A stretch of DNA of 63,731 bases, the filler included, from Deltaproteobacteria bacterium (GTDB taxonomy: Bacteria; JAEEML01), in the NCBI GenBank assembly GCA_016283195.1. It is 3 parts of 3 records of this genome, joined end to end, with 100 filler letters (N's around TTAATTAATTAA, not from the genome) between each part and the next. Parts side by side here need not be neighbours in the genome. Positions count along the whole stretch, not along the records: positions 1 to 31,588 come from JAEEML010000147.1; 2 more parts are not named here. One strand, written 5' to 3'. Positions 20,426 through 30,881 of this stretch are shown piece by piece. The notes beneath the pieces were generated by a model, which was not told the origin of the DNA, made no database searches, and saw only the letters and a list, made by a program, of their open reading frames with translations. Each line of letters starts with the position of its first letter. Within the stretch, counting starts at the first letter, position 1. Both the position numbers and the translations under genes were made by a program.

Positions 20426-21502
20426 TTGGACAGCCAGCCTATGACCGCTTCTTTTAAAGTCCGCTGGGCGATACTGGCCTCATCGGTTATCATTGGAGTT
20501 GGCCTTCTTTTCTTTCTCGATGATACCGGCCGGTTTTATTGCGCTCTTTCGATTATCAGCGGTATTATTTGTTACTATCTCAGCGAAGGCTTTATCGACC
20601 GCCTCATTTATGGCGAAAAGTTAGCCCTAGCCATGAAAGATGGTGCCGCCGCTCTCAAAGAGAGCAAAAAGCTCTTTGCCAAGGCCGAAAAGTCGCTCTC
20701 CAAAGAAACAAAAGCCAGTATAAATCAAAAGCAAGAAGAGTTACAAGCGGCACTAAAAGCTCATGAACTTAACCGTATTCGCGTGGCCGGCGAAGAGCTC
20801 ACCAAACTAAGTGATAAACACCTTTCGGCGCAAAAGAAAGCCGCTTGGCGCGATATTTTCGATCCCATTGCCATAGCCGTACTCCTGGCCCTCCTTTTGC
20901 GCGGTTTTATATTAGAAGCTTTTGAGATTCCCTCCGGCTCGATGATTCCCACTCTCTATGTTGGCGATAAAATATTTGTAAATAAGCTGGTTTACAATGT
21001 GCGCATTCCATTTTTCAACCATAGTCTTTTTAAAATCGGCGAGCCTAAACGCGGCGATGTAGCCGTTTTTGTTTACCCGCATAATCCGAGTGACAATTTT
21101 GTAAAGCGGGTAATAGCACTTCCCGGCGACACCGTTGAAGTAAAGAATGATTTTGTTTACGTCAACGGCAAAGCACTCCCAAGACGCAATATAGGTAGCG
21201 CTAAATATTGGGATCTTTTGGGCGAAAAATGGTACGAAAACCAATATAGCTCTTTTGAAGAACGCAATGACGAGGCCGTTTATACCGTTATTCAAGATCC
21301 GCTGCGTATGCGCAGTGATTATGCAAAACACACTATTCCTGATGGGCATATCTTTGTGATGGGCGACAATCGCGATAACTCTTCCGACAGTCGCGAATGG
21401 GGTCTTGTACCCATGGAAAACCTGGTGGGCAAATCCATGTTCATCTGGTGGTCAAAAGGGCCCGGATTACACAAAGAACGCTTTTTTACTTGGGTGGACT
21501 AA
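20426..21502 (+). CDS. lepB: Signal peptidase I with N-terminal TM/coiled-coil extension
   Basis: IPSGSMIPTL (catalytic Ser), FVKRVIALPGD (Lys), MGDNRDNSSDSR. Confidence 0.95.
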   Translation: MDSQPMTASFKVRWAILASSVIIGVGLLFFLDDTGRFYCALSIISGIICYYLSEGFIDRLIYGEKLALAMKDGAAALKESKKLFAKAEKSLSKETKASINQKQEELQAALKAHELNRIRVAGEELTKLSDKHLSAQKKAAWRDIFDPIAIAVLLALLLRGFILEAFEIPSGSMIPTLYVGDKIFVNKLVYNVRIPFFNHSLFKIGEPKRGDVAVFVYPHNPSDNFVKRVIALPGDTVEVKNDFVYVNGKALPRRNIGSAKYWDLLGEKWYENQYSSFEERNDEAVYTVIQDPLRMRSDYAKHTIPDGHIFVMGDNRDNSSDSREWGLVPMENLVGKSMFIWWSKGPGLHKERFFTWVD

Positions 21503-21505
21503 CTC

Positions 21506-22432
21506 ATGATTAATAATAGTAAAATATATTTAATTGCTTTATTTCTTGTATATGGCCTCTTTTCTCCACCGGCGCTTTTGGCTGACGAAAATACCGATGC
21601 CTTGCAAGCAGCGCAAAATGCCTACTTAAACGCCGATTATGAACAGGCCATGAGTATTTTAGACAGCGTGAATATTGATACTCTTACAGCCGATAAACAA
21701 ATTAATGCCTACTATTTAAAGGGCACTATTTTCACCGCTCTCGGCGATACACCGCAAGCCGAGCGCAATTTTCAGCAAATTCTGGCTATTAACCCCGGCT
21801 GGCAACCGCCGAACAATGTTTCGCCCAAAATAAGGCGCTTTTTTGCCACCGAGAAGGAGCGGGCAGGAAAAATCCTGGCTTTTACTCTGCGCGACCGCGT
21901 AGTGGTATTGAATGACGCCGACACTTTTTTTGAGCTCACAACCAATATTACCAACTTAAAAGTAGAGCTCCATATCTTGGTGGATGGCGAACATGGCATT
22001 CCCCAAGAACATACTTTTCCCATGAATCAAAATTCCAACGGCTATATCTGCGCCGTGCCGGCCAGCTATAGTTCTGTTTTGGCTAAGGAGAATACTCTCT
22101 CATATTATCTCACTGTGGTTACCAAAAGCGGTGCTCTTTTTAAAATCGGCTCGCAACTGGCGCCCAAAAGTATTACCATCATCACTCCGGCGGCTATTCC
22201 TCAAATAAATAACGATCAAGCCTTTAACCCGCTGGTGGCAGCTCCCTCACCGGAAGACGAAAAAGAAAAGGCCCGCAAGAAAAAGCTGGCTATCGGCCTG
22301 GGAGTGGGTCTCGGCGGCGGATTGCTGGTGGGTGCCATCGTTACCACCGCTGTTATTCTAGCAACCAGGTCAAATGATAATAATACTGAAAATTTAGGCT
22401 CATTATCACTTACTATAAGAACAAAAGAATGA
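21506..22432 (+). CDS. Exported TPR-containing protein with C-terminal TM anchor
   Basis: Signal peptide; TPR-like AYYLKG...AERNFQQILAINP; Gly-rich TM near C-terminus. Confidence 0.7.
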   Translation: MINNSKIYLIALFLVYGLFSPPALLADENTDALQAAQNAYLNADYEQAMSILDSVNIDTLTADKQINAYYLKGTIFTALGDTPQAERNFQQILAINPGWQPPNNVSPKIRRFFATEKERAGKILAFTLRDRVVVLNDADTFFELTTNITNLKVELHILVDGEHGIPQEHTFPMNQNSNGYICAVPASYSSVLAKENTLSYYLTVVTKSGALFKIGSQLAPKSITIITPAAIPQINNDQAFNPLVAAPSPEDEKEKARKKKLAIGLGVGLGGGLLVGAIVTTAVILATRSNDNNTENLGSLSLTIRTKE

Positions 22433-22902
22433 GGTTAATTATGCGCAAATACCTCTTTTTAGTTTTAGGCTCTCTTTTAGCCTCCTGCGGCCAGGGGGAG
22501 GAAGTAACTCTTTTAGCTCCGGAAATTATTCTAAGCCCTTCTTTGGCCGAATCTATCGATCAGGTGGATTTTTGGATTTACAACATCATGGACAAAGAAA
22601 ACAAGCCACTGACTTGCGAACGCCTCATGCTCACCGATGCCGAAGCTGTTGATCCCAATGACAAGCTTTTTAAAGTCGCTTACTATAACACCATGGTCTT
22701 TTATCAGGACCGAGAATCAAAAAAAGAATATAAAAACATTCCGGCAGCCAGTAATTACATTATTTACGCCAGAGGGTATGAAGTTTCCGATTCGGATAAA
22801 CAAAAATTTTTACGCGCCCACGGCTGCCTGCCCAATATAGCTATTAACCGCGATGAAGTCACCTCTGTAACTATAGATTTAACTGCCGCTTCAGCCAAAT
22901 AG
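22429..22902 (+). CDS. Hypothetical lipoprotein
   Basis: Lipobox LASC; overlaps upstream gene by 4 bp. Confidence 0.7.
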   Translation: MRLIMRKYLFLVLGSLLASCGQGEEVTLLAPEIILSPSLAESIDQVDFWIYNIMDKENKPLTCERLMLTDAEAVDPNDKLFKVAYYNTMVFYQDRESKKEYKNIPAASNYIIYARGYEVSDSDKQKFLRAHGCLPNIAINRDEVTSVTIDLTAASAK

Positions 22903-22912
22903 GGAGGCGCAA

Positions 22913-24382
22913 ATGGCCCAACCAAAAGCCAATGATTTGCCGATTATTTCCATTCCCGAAGCCGACCGCGTGGTAAATGGCGGTATTTACGACAAACTCT
23001 TTAGCGCCGGCGCGGTAATTGCCTCTTTTCAAGACCGCATTTATCATCGCCAGGTTTACGGTCACCCTACTTTTCCGCCGCCCTTTAATAAAATCGGCTT
23101 TGATGCGGTTTTTGATTTGGCTTCGCTCACTAAACCGCTGGCCACGGGCTTGGCTGCTATGTATCTCTGCTCGCAAAACAGGCTGGATATTGCCTCGCCG
23201 GTGGGCAGCATTTTAAAGGATTTTAAAGCACCGCAGTGGAGAAATATCAAAGTCGAGCATCTCCTCGACCACACCAGTGGCCTCACCGCCTGGAAGCCCT
23301 TTTATGAAGAGGTGGTCAAAATGGAAGCCGGCACCCCCAGCAAGCCGGGGCGCCCCGGTTTAAAGCCGCAAAAACTGGCCGGCACTTTAAAGGGCAAAGA
23401 GATTATTCGCGGCCTCCTGGCAACGGAGACGCCGGAAAAGCCCACCGGCACCGTAGCTATTTACAGCGATCTCAACTTCATGATTTTGGGCTTTATTGTG
23501 GAAGAAATCAGCGGCATGCCGCTAAATGTTTTTTGCGAGCGCGAGATGTATCAAAAGCTGGGCATCGAGGATCTCTTTTTTGTCGATCTCACGGCCCCGA
23601 AAGACAAAATGGCCAAAGTGCGCCGCTTTGTGGCCACCGAAAATTGTGCCTGGCGCGGTAAGCTCCTCCAGGGCGAAGTACACGACCAAAACGCTTGGGC
23701 AATGGGCGGCGTGGCCGGTCATGCCGGCCTCTTTGGCACAGTGGATGCCGTTTATCAGCTGGCCAGTATTCTTTTGCAATGTTATAACAGCAAGCACCCC
23801 TTTATGCACTCCGGCACTTTAAGGCGCTTTTGGACCAAAAGCCAAAGAGTGCGCGATACCACTTATGCTCTTAGCTGGGACACCCCCTCGCCCATGAATT
23901 CCCAGGCCGGCAAGTGCATTTCTTTGCAAAGCGTGGGGCACCTAGCTTTTACCGGCTGCTCGCTTTGGATAGATTATACCAAGAATATTATTAATGTTTT
24001 TCTCTGCAATGTGCCCCACCCCACACCGGAGGGCAAAAAAGAGAAGCATCACAAATTGCGCCCGCGCCTACACGAAGTGCTCTTTAAGAGCGCCGAGGAA
24101 TTGGTACATTCCAGTAATGACAACGCCGTACGCGGGGCCGCTGCCTTTGGCGGGGCTGTCCAGAGCGGCTCTTCGGCCTTTAATAATAGTCGCGGCGGCG
24201 CGGCCGCCTTTGGGCGGGGCAGCGGCGCCGGGCCTACCGGCACAGCCGCTTTTGGTGGCAGCCACACGGGAAGCAGCGCTTTTGGTGGCTCCAGAACCGG
24301 CTCATCGGCTTTTGGCGGATCGGGCACCGGATCTTCCGCTTTTGGCGGCAGCAATACCGGCAGCCGCTCTTTTGGTAAATAA
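22913..24382 (+). CDS. Serine hydrolase of beta-lactamase class C/AmiE-like family with Gly/Ser/Phe-repeat tail
   Basis: FDLASLTK (SxxK), LLDHTSGL, YSDLNF, VHDQNA, AGHAGLF, GHLAFTG; upstream of mpl. Confidence 0.88.
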   Translation: MAQPKANDLPIISIPEADRVVNGGIYDKLFSAGAVIASFQDRIYHRQVYGHPTFPPPFNKIGFDAVFDLASLTKPLATGLAAMYLCSQNRLDIASPVGSILKDFKAPQWRNIKVEHLLDHTSGLTAWKPFYEEVVKMEAGTPSKPGRPGLKPQKLAGTLKGKEIIRGLLATETPEKPTGTVAIYSDLNFMILGFIVEEISGMPLNVFCEREMYQKLGIEDLFFVDLTAPKDKMAKVRRFVATENCAWRGKLLQGEVHDQNAWAMGGVAGHAGLFGTVDAVYQLASILLQCYNSKHPFMHSGTLRRFWTKSQRVRDTTYALSWDTPSPMNSQAGKCISLQSVGHLAFTGCSLWIDYTKNIINVFLCNVPHPTPEGKKEKHHKLRPRLHEVLFKSAEELVHSSNDNAVRGAAAFGGAVQSGSSAFNNSRGGAAAFGRGSGAGPTGTAAFGGSHTGSSAFGGSRTGSSAFGGSGTGSSAFGGSNTGSRSFGK

Positions 24383-24396
24383 AATTAGAGGACAAA

Positions 24397-25809
24397 ATGA
24401 AAGAACAAAAATGCGCTCATTTATTGGGTATTGCCGGCATGGGCATGGGTTCACTCGCCGGGATGCTGAAAAAAGCCGGCTATAAAGTCACCGGCAGCGA
24501 TGAAAATATTTATCCGCCGATGAGCGACCAATTGGCCGCCTGGGACATCCCCGTTTTTCAGGGCTACAGCCCGGAGCACCTCGCCCATAAGCCCGATGTA
24601 GTGGTGATAGGCAATGTCATCCGCCGCACCAACCCGGAAGCCATAGCGGCTATAGAGGGCGGCTTTACTTACTATTCCATGCCCATGATGCTGCGTGAGA
24701 CCTTTATTCGCGGCAAAAATTCCATAGTGATTACCGGCACGCACGGTAAATCCACCACCACGGCCTTAACCGCCCAGACCATAGCAAATGCCGGGCGCGA
24801 TCCGTCATATCTGGTGGGCGCGGCCATGGTGGGCCACAGCGAAAATTTCGCTGTGGGCGGCGGCGAGCACTTTATAATAGAGGGCGATGAATACGACACG
24901 GCCTTCTTTGATAAGGTGCCTAAATTTAAATATTATTTGCCCAATATAGCCGTTATTACCTCTTTGGAATTTGACCATGCCGATATTTATAAAGATATAA
25001 CGGCGGTGGAAAACGCTTTTAATATTCTAATAAGCGAGATGCCGGCAAATGGCCATCTCCTTATTTGGGAAGGCGCCACCCGTGCTCGCCGCCTGGCCCA
25101 AAATGCGCCATGCAAAGTGCTGATTTACGGCGAGAGCCAAGAGGCCGATTACCGCATTTTGGAGCCAAAAGTCACTGAAAAGGGCTTAACTCTCTCCATT
25201 TTGGGCCCCACCATGGCCGCGCCGCAAAGCGTTACCGTGCCACTCTGGGGTGACTACAATGCCACCAATATCTGCGCTTCTTTTGCCGCTTGCCACTTAG
25301 GCGGCCTCGCTCCGAAAGAAATTGCCGCCGCTATGGCCAAATATAGCGGCGTAGTGCGCCGCCAGGAGCTCATTGGCGAGGCCGCCGGCGTTACTGTGGT
25401 TGATGATTTTGCCCATCACCCTACAGCCATTAGCGTAACTATGGCCGGTATTCGCCAGCGCTTTCCGGGGCGGCGGCTCGTCATTGCTTATGAGCCGCGT
25501 TCAGCCACCAGCTGCCGCAAAGTGATGCAAAATGAGCTAAGAGATGCTCTAGCCGGGGCTGATGAAATCTTTCTCTGTGCCCCCTTCCGCTCCACTATTC
25601 CCGCTGAAGAGCGCCTTGATAGCGCGCAAATAGTTAAAGAGCTCACTGCTAGGGGCAAAAAAGCCCATCTTGTCACCAAAGATGTGGAGGCAGCCCCCAT
25701 GGCCGCCGCCGCTCTAAAAGAGGGCGATGTCTTTCTCTCTATGTCCAACGGCCACTTTGCCGATACTCCCAGGCGGGTCTTAGCCGCCATGAAAGAGCGC
25801 ATAAAGTGA
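24397..25809 (+). CDS. mpl: Murein peptide ligase (UDP-MurNAc:L-Ala-gamma-D-Glu-mDAP ligase)
   Basis: GIAGMGMGSLA, YPPMSDQL, GTHGKSTT, EGDEYDTAFFDK, EFDHADIY, DDFAHHPTAI, EPRSAT. Confidence 0.92.
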   Translation: MKEQKCAHLLGIAGMGMGSLAGMLKKAGYKVTGSDENIYPPMSDQLAAWDIPVFQGYSPEHLAHKPDVVVIGNVIRRTNPEAIAAIEGGFTYYSMPMMLRETFIRGKNSIVITGTHGKSTTTALTAQTIANAGRDPSYLVGAAMVGHSENFAVGGGEHFIIEGDEYDTAFFDKVPKFKYYLPNIAVITSLEFDHADIYKDITAVENAFNILISEMPANGHLLIWEGATRARRLAQNAPCKVLIYGESQEADYRILEPKVTEKGLTLSILGPTMAAPQSVTVPLWGDYNATNICASFAACHLGGLAPKEIAAAMAKYSGVVRRQELIGEAAGVTVVDDFAHHPTAISVTMAGIRQRFPGRRLVIAYEPRSATSCRKVMQNELRDALAGADEIFLCAPFRSTIPAEERLDSAQIVKELTARGKKAHLVTKDVEAAPMAAAALKEGDVFLSMSNGHFADTPRRVLAAMKERIK

Positions 25810-26576
25810 ATATTATCTATATTGGCGATGTTGTAGGCAAGCCGGGCCGCGAGTGCATCCGCACCTTGGTCCCCGCTTTAAAAGATGAATTAAAAGCCGA
25901 TTTTGTCATCATAAATGGCGAAAACGCGGCCGGGGGCTTTGGCATAACTCCTGATATTACCAAGGAATTATTGCAATATGGCGATCTTATCACCACCGGC
26001 AACCATGTGTGGCAAAAAAAGGAGATAATGCCCTTTTTAGACACTAATGAGCCCATCATTCGCCCGGCCAATTATCCCGGCCATGCCCCCGGCCGCGGGC
26101 GCTACAGTTTACGCGGCCCGGCGGGCAGCCTGGGGGTGATTTTGGTTGAAGGGCGCATTTTTATGAAAAATCTGGATTGCCCTTTTAGGGCCATTGAGCG
26201 CGAACTGGAAGCGCTTGGCCCACATGATGCCATAATCATTGAAGTGCACGCCGAAGCTACGAGCGAAAAAGTGGCTATCGGCTGGTATTTTGACGGGAAG
26301 GTTTCGGCTGTCGTTGGCAGCCACACTCATGTACAAACCGCCGATGCGCGGATTTTGCCCCAAGGCACTGCCTATCTTAGCGATCTGGGCATGACCGGGC
26401 CCATGGATTCGGTCATCGGCATGAAGGTGGAAACTTCCATCAAAAGAATGCTCACCCAAATGCCCACGCCCCATGATGTGGCCACCGATAACAGCTGGCT
26501 AAACGGCGCTTTTATTCAGGTAGAAAACGGCCGGGCGGTGGCTATAAAGAATATCCAGCGTTCTCTCGGCAAATAA
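25806..26576 (+). CDS. ymdB: YmdB-family metallophosphoesterase
   Basis: GDVVG.PG, NGENAAGGFG, TGNH, HAEATSEK, GSHTHVQTAD. Confidence 0.93.
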   Translation: MNIIYIGDVVGKPGRECIRTLVPALKDELKADFVIINGENAAGGFGITPDITKELLQYGDLITTGNHVWQKKEIMPFLDTNEPIIRPANYPGHAPGRGRYSLRGPAGSLGVILVEGRIFMKNLDCPFRAIERELEALGPHDAIIIEVHAEATSEKVAIGWYFDGKVSAVVGSHTHVQTADARILPQGTAYLSDLGMTGPMDSVIGMKVETSIKRMLTQMPTPHDVATDNSWLNGAFIQVENGRAVAIKNIQRSLGK

Positions 26577-26741
26577 GCCCTAACCCACTGCCACTTTGCA
26601 GCGCTCTTTTTTCTCACCGCCAGCTTAAGTAATCCAAATTGCCACCATTTATTGCATTTTCCCCTTGCACCGCTAGGGGCGCTATGCTAGCTTGGCTTCA
26701 TTCGCGTTTTGGCGGAGGGACTCTTGATGGCAATACTTGGC

Positions 26742-26790
<49 letters not shown>

Positions 26791-27004
26791 AGTGATCGAT
26801 CTGTAATCGGTTGTCAAGAGTTTTTTGGGGCTTTTCTCAAGAAAATCGCGCAGTTTTTTCATTTTTTCAGCCCGCGCCGGGTGGATTTTTACATTAGAAG
26901 CAGAATTTTTTTCACTCTGACAGCAGGTGGCGGAGTGGGCGATTAGAGTAGTAGGCGGAACTGTTTTGTTATAGTGACAAACGTTAACCATAAGGAGAAA
27001 TAGC

Positions 27005-28246
27005 ATGTACGAAGACGTATTTGAACGCATCAACAAGTTTGCCTTTAAAGATGAGCTTAAAGGAAAAATAACTGCGGAAAACTTTATTGATGCCGCAGAA
27101 AAAATGGCCGATAAAATTGACAATATTATTCCACAAAACAGCCTGAATATCATGGTGGCCGGGAAAACCGGAGTGGGAAAGAGCACCTTACTTAATGCTA
27201 TTTTAGGCGATGCGATGGCCACCACAGGCACCGGAAAGCCGATTACCCAGGAGATTAATTGCTATAATATCCCCGGCAATCCCATTAAAATCTGGGATAC
27301 TAAGGGGCTGGAATTAAACGATGATTCGCAAAAAGAAGTTATTATGAGTATTCATGATACCATTTTGGAAAACAGAGCCAAACTGGAACAGGAGCCAGAG
27401 AATTTAAAGCTTAAAGAAGACTTAATTCACATATTGTGGTATTGCATCAATTCGCGCAGTAATCGCATTGAAGAAACCGAAATAAATTTATTAAAATCGC
27501 TTTCCGATGCGGCCAACAGCGTCAAATTGCCCATTATCCTTATTTTAACGCAATGGGATGAAACCGACCAAAACGAAGAATTCTATCAGCAAATTGAAAA
27601 AGAGCTGGATGATGCCGGTTGCGAAATCAATTTAATTCTGCCGGTGCGGGCAGAAGAAGAGGTCAATAAACGCGGCAAAGTAATAGCCGAAAGAATGGGC
27701 CTTGAGGAACTAGTGCAGCACTCTTATAAATTGCTGCCGGAAGCGGTTAAAGATATCTTTGCGGCCAAGCAGGTTATCAATGAGGCTATGCGCCTTGAAG
27801 CCTTTGAAAAAGCGCATGAAAGTGCCAATAAAATCATCTTGGCCGCCAGCGCCGCCGCAGCAGCCGTCGGTGCTACGCCTATTCCCTTTTCCGATGCTTT
27901 CATCCTGGCCCCGACCGAAATCGCCATGATTACCGCCATCACCAATGCTTACGGTTTTTCAATAAAGAAAGGCGTTATTGTCGGTATCGTTGAGGCACTA
28001 CTCGCTACTGCCATCGGAGCCGGCGTCGTAGGCGGTTTACTCAAACTAATACCTGGTGTCGGCATTTTAGTCGGTGGGCTTATCAGTGGGGCTTTTGCCA
28101 GCTCTCTGACTCTTTCGATGGGCAAAGCTTATCAAATAGTTTTAGAGAAGATTTACAACCATGAGCTTTCGCCGGAAATTCTGGAAGAAGCCAATAAGAT
28201 CCTACCATACTTAAAAGAAATTCTAAAAACCAAATTAAATAAATAA
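27005..28246 (+). CDS. TRAFAC-type GTPase with C-terminal DUF697/YcjF-like hydrophobic domain (paralog 1)
   Basis: G1 GKTGVGKS, G2 T (PITQ), G3 DTKG, G4 TQWD; PIPFSD followed by Gly/Ala-rich membrane helices. Confidence 0.85.
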   Translation: MYEDVFERINKFAFKDELKGKITAENFIDAAEKMADKIDNIIPQNSLNIMVAGKTGVGKSTLLNAILGDAMATTGTGKPITQEINCYNIPGNPIKIWDTKGLELNDDSQKEVIMSIHDTILENRAKLEQEPENLKLKEDLIHILWYCINSRSNRIEETEINLLKSLSDAANSVKLPIILILTQWDETDQNEEFYQQIEKELDDAGCEINLILPVRAEEEVNKRGKVIAERMGLEELVQHSYKLLPEAVKDIFAAKQVINEAMRLEAFEKAHESANKIILAASAAAAAVGATPIPFSDAFILAPTEIAMITAITNAYGFSIKKGVIVGIVEALLATAIGAGVVGGLLKLIPGVGILVGGLISGAFASSLTLSMGKAYQIVLEKIYNHELSPEILEEANKILPYLKEILKTKLNK

Positions 28247-28271
28247 GCATTTTATTTCCCGGAGTTATATC

Positions 28272-29396
28272 ATGAGCGACACCAACCTTAATTTAATGAT
28301 CGTCGGTATAACGGGCGTTGGCAAAAGTACACTTTTAAATGCCATGTTTGGAGCTTCTTTGGCCAAAACCGGCTCCGGTGGCGCCGTAACCCGTGGCATA
28401 ACGAGATACCGCGCCAAAGACCGGCCGTTTTCCATTTATGACACCGAAGGCCTGGAATTAGGCGCCTCCAAGGAACAAATAAACGATATCCTCAACTATA
28501 TAAGGCAAAATCGCATTAATGCCTTAAATACCGGCAGTTTCCAGGGGGCTATAAATCTTATATGGTACTGCATCAATAGCGGCGGCAAACGTTTTCAACC
28601 GGAAGAAGAAGATTTTATCAAAGAATTAACCAACGCGGCGGCCTCCACACAAATTCCCGTTATAGTGGTAATGACCCAATGCAACGAAACCAATGAGGAA
28701 GATACGCTCAAAGAATGTATATGGGAAATTAACAGAACATCTGGAATGGCTATAAAAGATATAATTCCGGTGAGAGCGGCACCCATAAAAAATGTCGAGA
28801 CTTTCGGCTTAGATGTTTTACTGGCTAAGTCACTGAAATTATTACCGGAAAGTTATGAAATAATATTTAATGGCTGCCAGATAATCAATAAAGAATTAAA
28901 AGAAAAAGCCTGGAAAGAATTTGAAGATGATTTGGAGGCCAAACGCAGTAAAGCCCGCACGCTGGTGCACAGTATATCGGCCGGCGCGGGAGCTATCGGG
29001 GCCATTCCTCTGCCTTTTTCCGATGCGGCGGCCCTTATTCCCACTCAGGTGGGCATGATCGTAGGAATTACCGCCATTTTTGGGATGACGGTCAGTAAAT
29101 CAATTATTTCTGCCCTGGTAGCCGCCACTATCGGGCCGGCTCTGGCCACTTTTGCCGGAAAGACTATTGTCAGTAGCCTTTTAAAATTTATTCCCGGTGT
29201 CGGCAGTGTGGCCGGCGGCGCCATTGCCGCTACTACTTCGGTGGCTTTAACCGAATTGATGGGTCATGCTTTTATCGCTGTCATCACCCAGGTGGCCAAG
29301 GGCAACCTCTCTATTGAGGATTTAGGCAACGATACCGGCATTCAAAAGATGAAAGAAGCCATCGAGCGGGAAAAAAGCGCCCCAAAAGAAGGCTAA
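28272..29396 (+). CDS. TRAFAC-type GTPase with C-terminal DUF697/YcjF-like domain (paralog 2)
   Basis: GITGVGKS, DTEG, WYCINS, TQCN, PLPFSD, LLKFIPGVG; clear paralog of upstream gene. Confidence 0.85.
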   Translation: MSDTNLNLMIVGITGVGKSTLLNAMFGASLAKTGSGGAVTRGITRYRAKDRPFSIYDTEGLELGASKEQINDILNYIRQNRINALNTGSFQGAINLIWYCINSGGKRFQPEEEDFIKELTNAAASTQIPVIVVMTQCNETNEEDTLKECIWEINRTSGMAIKDIIPVRAAPIKNVETFGLDVLLAKSLKLLPESYEIIFNGCQIINKELKEKAWKEFEDDLEAKRSKARTLVHSISAGAGAIGAIPLPFSDAAALIPTQVGMIVGITAIFGMTVSKSIISALVAATIGPALATFAGKTIVSSLLKFIPGVGSVAGGAIAATTSVALTELMGHAFIAVITQVAKGNLSIEDLGNDTGIQKMKEAIEREKSAPKEG

Positions 29397-29588
29397 AAGC
29401 TTTTATCCATTAGCGCCGGGCCATAATTTCCCTATTCCGCAAAATGCGGGCCGCCGGCAGACGCCAATCATGGGCACTATCATGACCCACATCACCCTTT
29501 AGCCACAATATCCCTTGTAAAAAAGCCGTCTAACGGATAAATTCGCGCCGTTTTGGCGGAGCGTCGCCGCCCCAAGAAAGGATCAACA

Positions 29589-30881
29589 ATGCCTAAAAAC
29601 CTGCTAATTGCTCTTACCTGCTCTCTCATGCTGTTAAGCGCCTGCAAAAGCCATGAGGAGCCAAAGGAAACCTGTGAATATTATTGTCAATCAGACTGCA
29701 CTCAGACTTTTGGTGAAGTGCGCGACCAGGACGGTAATATATATAAAACCATTGTCATCGGCGAAGAAACATGGATGGCCGAAAGTTATCGCCGTAAGAG
29801 TGGCACCTATTACCATGCCAATAATGACGCCCAAAACGATGCCGCTTACGGCCTGCTTTACGACTTTGAAACAGCTGTCTCCCAGGATTTCTGCCCGCCC
29901 GGCTGGCACCTGCCGACGCAAAAAGATTTTGCCGCTTTGCTGGACACTTTGGATAAACAGCATTGTTCCGACATGCTGGGCGGTCTGGCGGTACCTGCCG
30001 CCTGGTCTTCCGACTTTTTGCACGATTTTGGCTTTGGCGCTTACCCCGCCGGCGAATACCTGGCTACCAACGCAACTTATAGCCATTTCGGGTCGGCCGT
30101 TTTCTTCTGGTCGGCCACGCGAGCGGAAGCCAATACCGCCTATGGCCTGTTGCTAACCAAAGGGGAAGGCACCATGGATATTAAAGTGGATTTTGACTAT
30201 ACCGGCAAAGCTCATCCCGTGCGCTGCATTGCCGGCCCCGCCCCGCTGGACAGCCAGAGCGACGCCGAAACCGAAGGGCAAATTCCGCATGAAGAATATG
30301 TGGCTCCCATCATCGGCTCTTTTATTGATGAACGCGACGGCACTTCATATAAAATGACGACAATAGGCGAAGATACCTGGATGGCCGAGAATCTGGCTTA
30401 TGCCGAAGATAAACATTATTCGGCCAACGGCTCACCGGATAACGATAAAGAATACGGCTATCTTTACCATTGCGAAAAAGTTACCTGCCCCGCCGGCTGG
30501 CGCCTGCCCAGCCTGGAAGATTTTGAAAAACTGCTCTATTATGTCGAATCTCACCGCCTGAGCGATTCTCTCTTTTTCGCTCTCATCAAAAAGGAAGCCT
30601 GGCCGGAAGCCGCAGGCACCGGTCAAAACGGCAACGAATTTGCTTTTGCCGCCCTGCCCGCCGGCGCCAAACTTCCGCAAGCTAATTCATTTCTCTTATT
30701 TGGCCAGGTGGCCTACTTTTGCGGGCAAACTTCTACTACCGAGTTTAATAGCAGCAAAGGCCCGCTACTCAATATTTCTTTTAGCGGCAGCAATCCGGAA
30801 GTGAGTATACAGGAATATTATAGCGGAACCAATGATGCTCTTTCCCCCGCTTACTCGGTGCGCTGCATAAAAGAGCGATAG
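29589..30881 (+). CDS. Lipoprotein with two FISUMP (Fibrobacter succinogenes major paralogous) domains
   Basis: Lipobox LSAC; twice D.RDG/DQDG..YK...IG..TWMAE, YG.LY, CP.GW.LP, VRCI. Confidence 0.9.
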   Translation: MPKNLLIALTCSLMLLSACKSHEEPKETCEYYCQSDCTQTFGEVRDQDGNIYKTIVIGEETWMAESYRRKSGTYYHANNDAQNDAAYGLLYDFETAVSQDFCPPGWHLPTQKDFAALLDTLDKQHCSDMLGGLAVPAAWSSDFLHDFGFGAYPAGEYLATNATYSHFGSAVFFWSATRAEANTAYGLLLTKGEGTMDIKVDFDYTGKAHPVRCIAGPAPLDSQSDAETEGQIPHEEYVAPIIGSFIDERDGTSYKMTTIGEDTWMAENLAYAEDKHYSANGSPDNDKEYGYLYHCEKVTCPAGWRLPSLEDFEKLLYYVESHRLSDSLFFALIKKEAWPEAAGTGQNGNEFAFAALPAGAKLPQANSFLLFGQVAYFCGQTSTTEFNSSKGPLLNISFSGSNPEVSIQEYYSGTNDALSPAYSVRCIKER

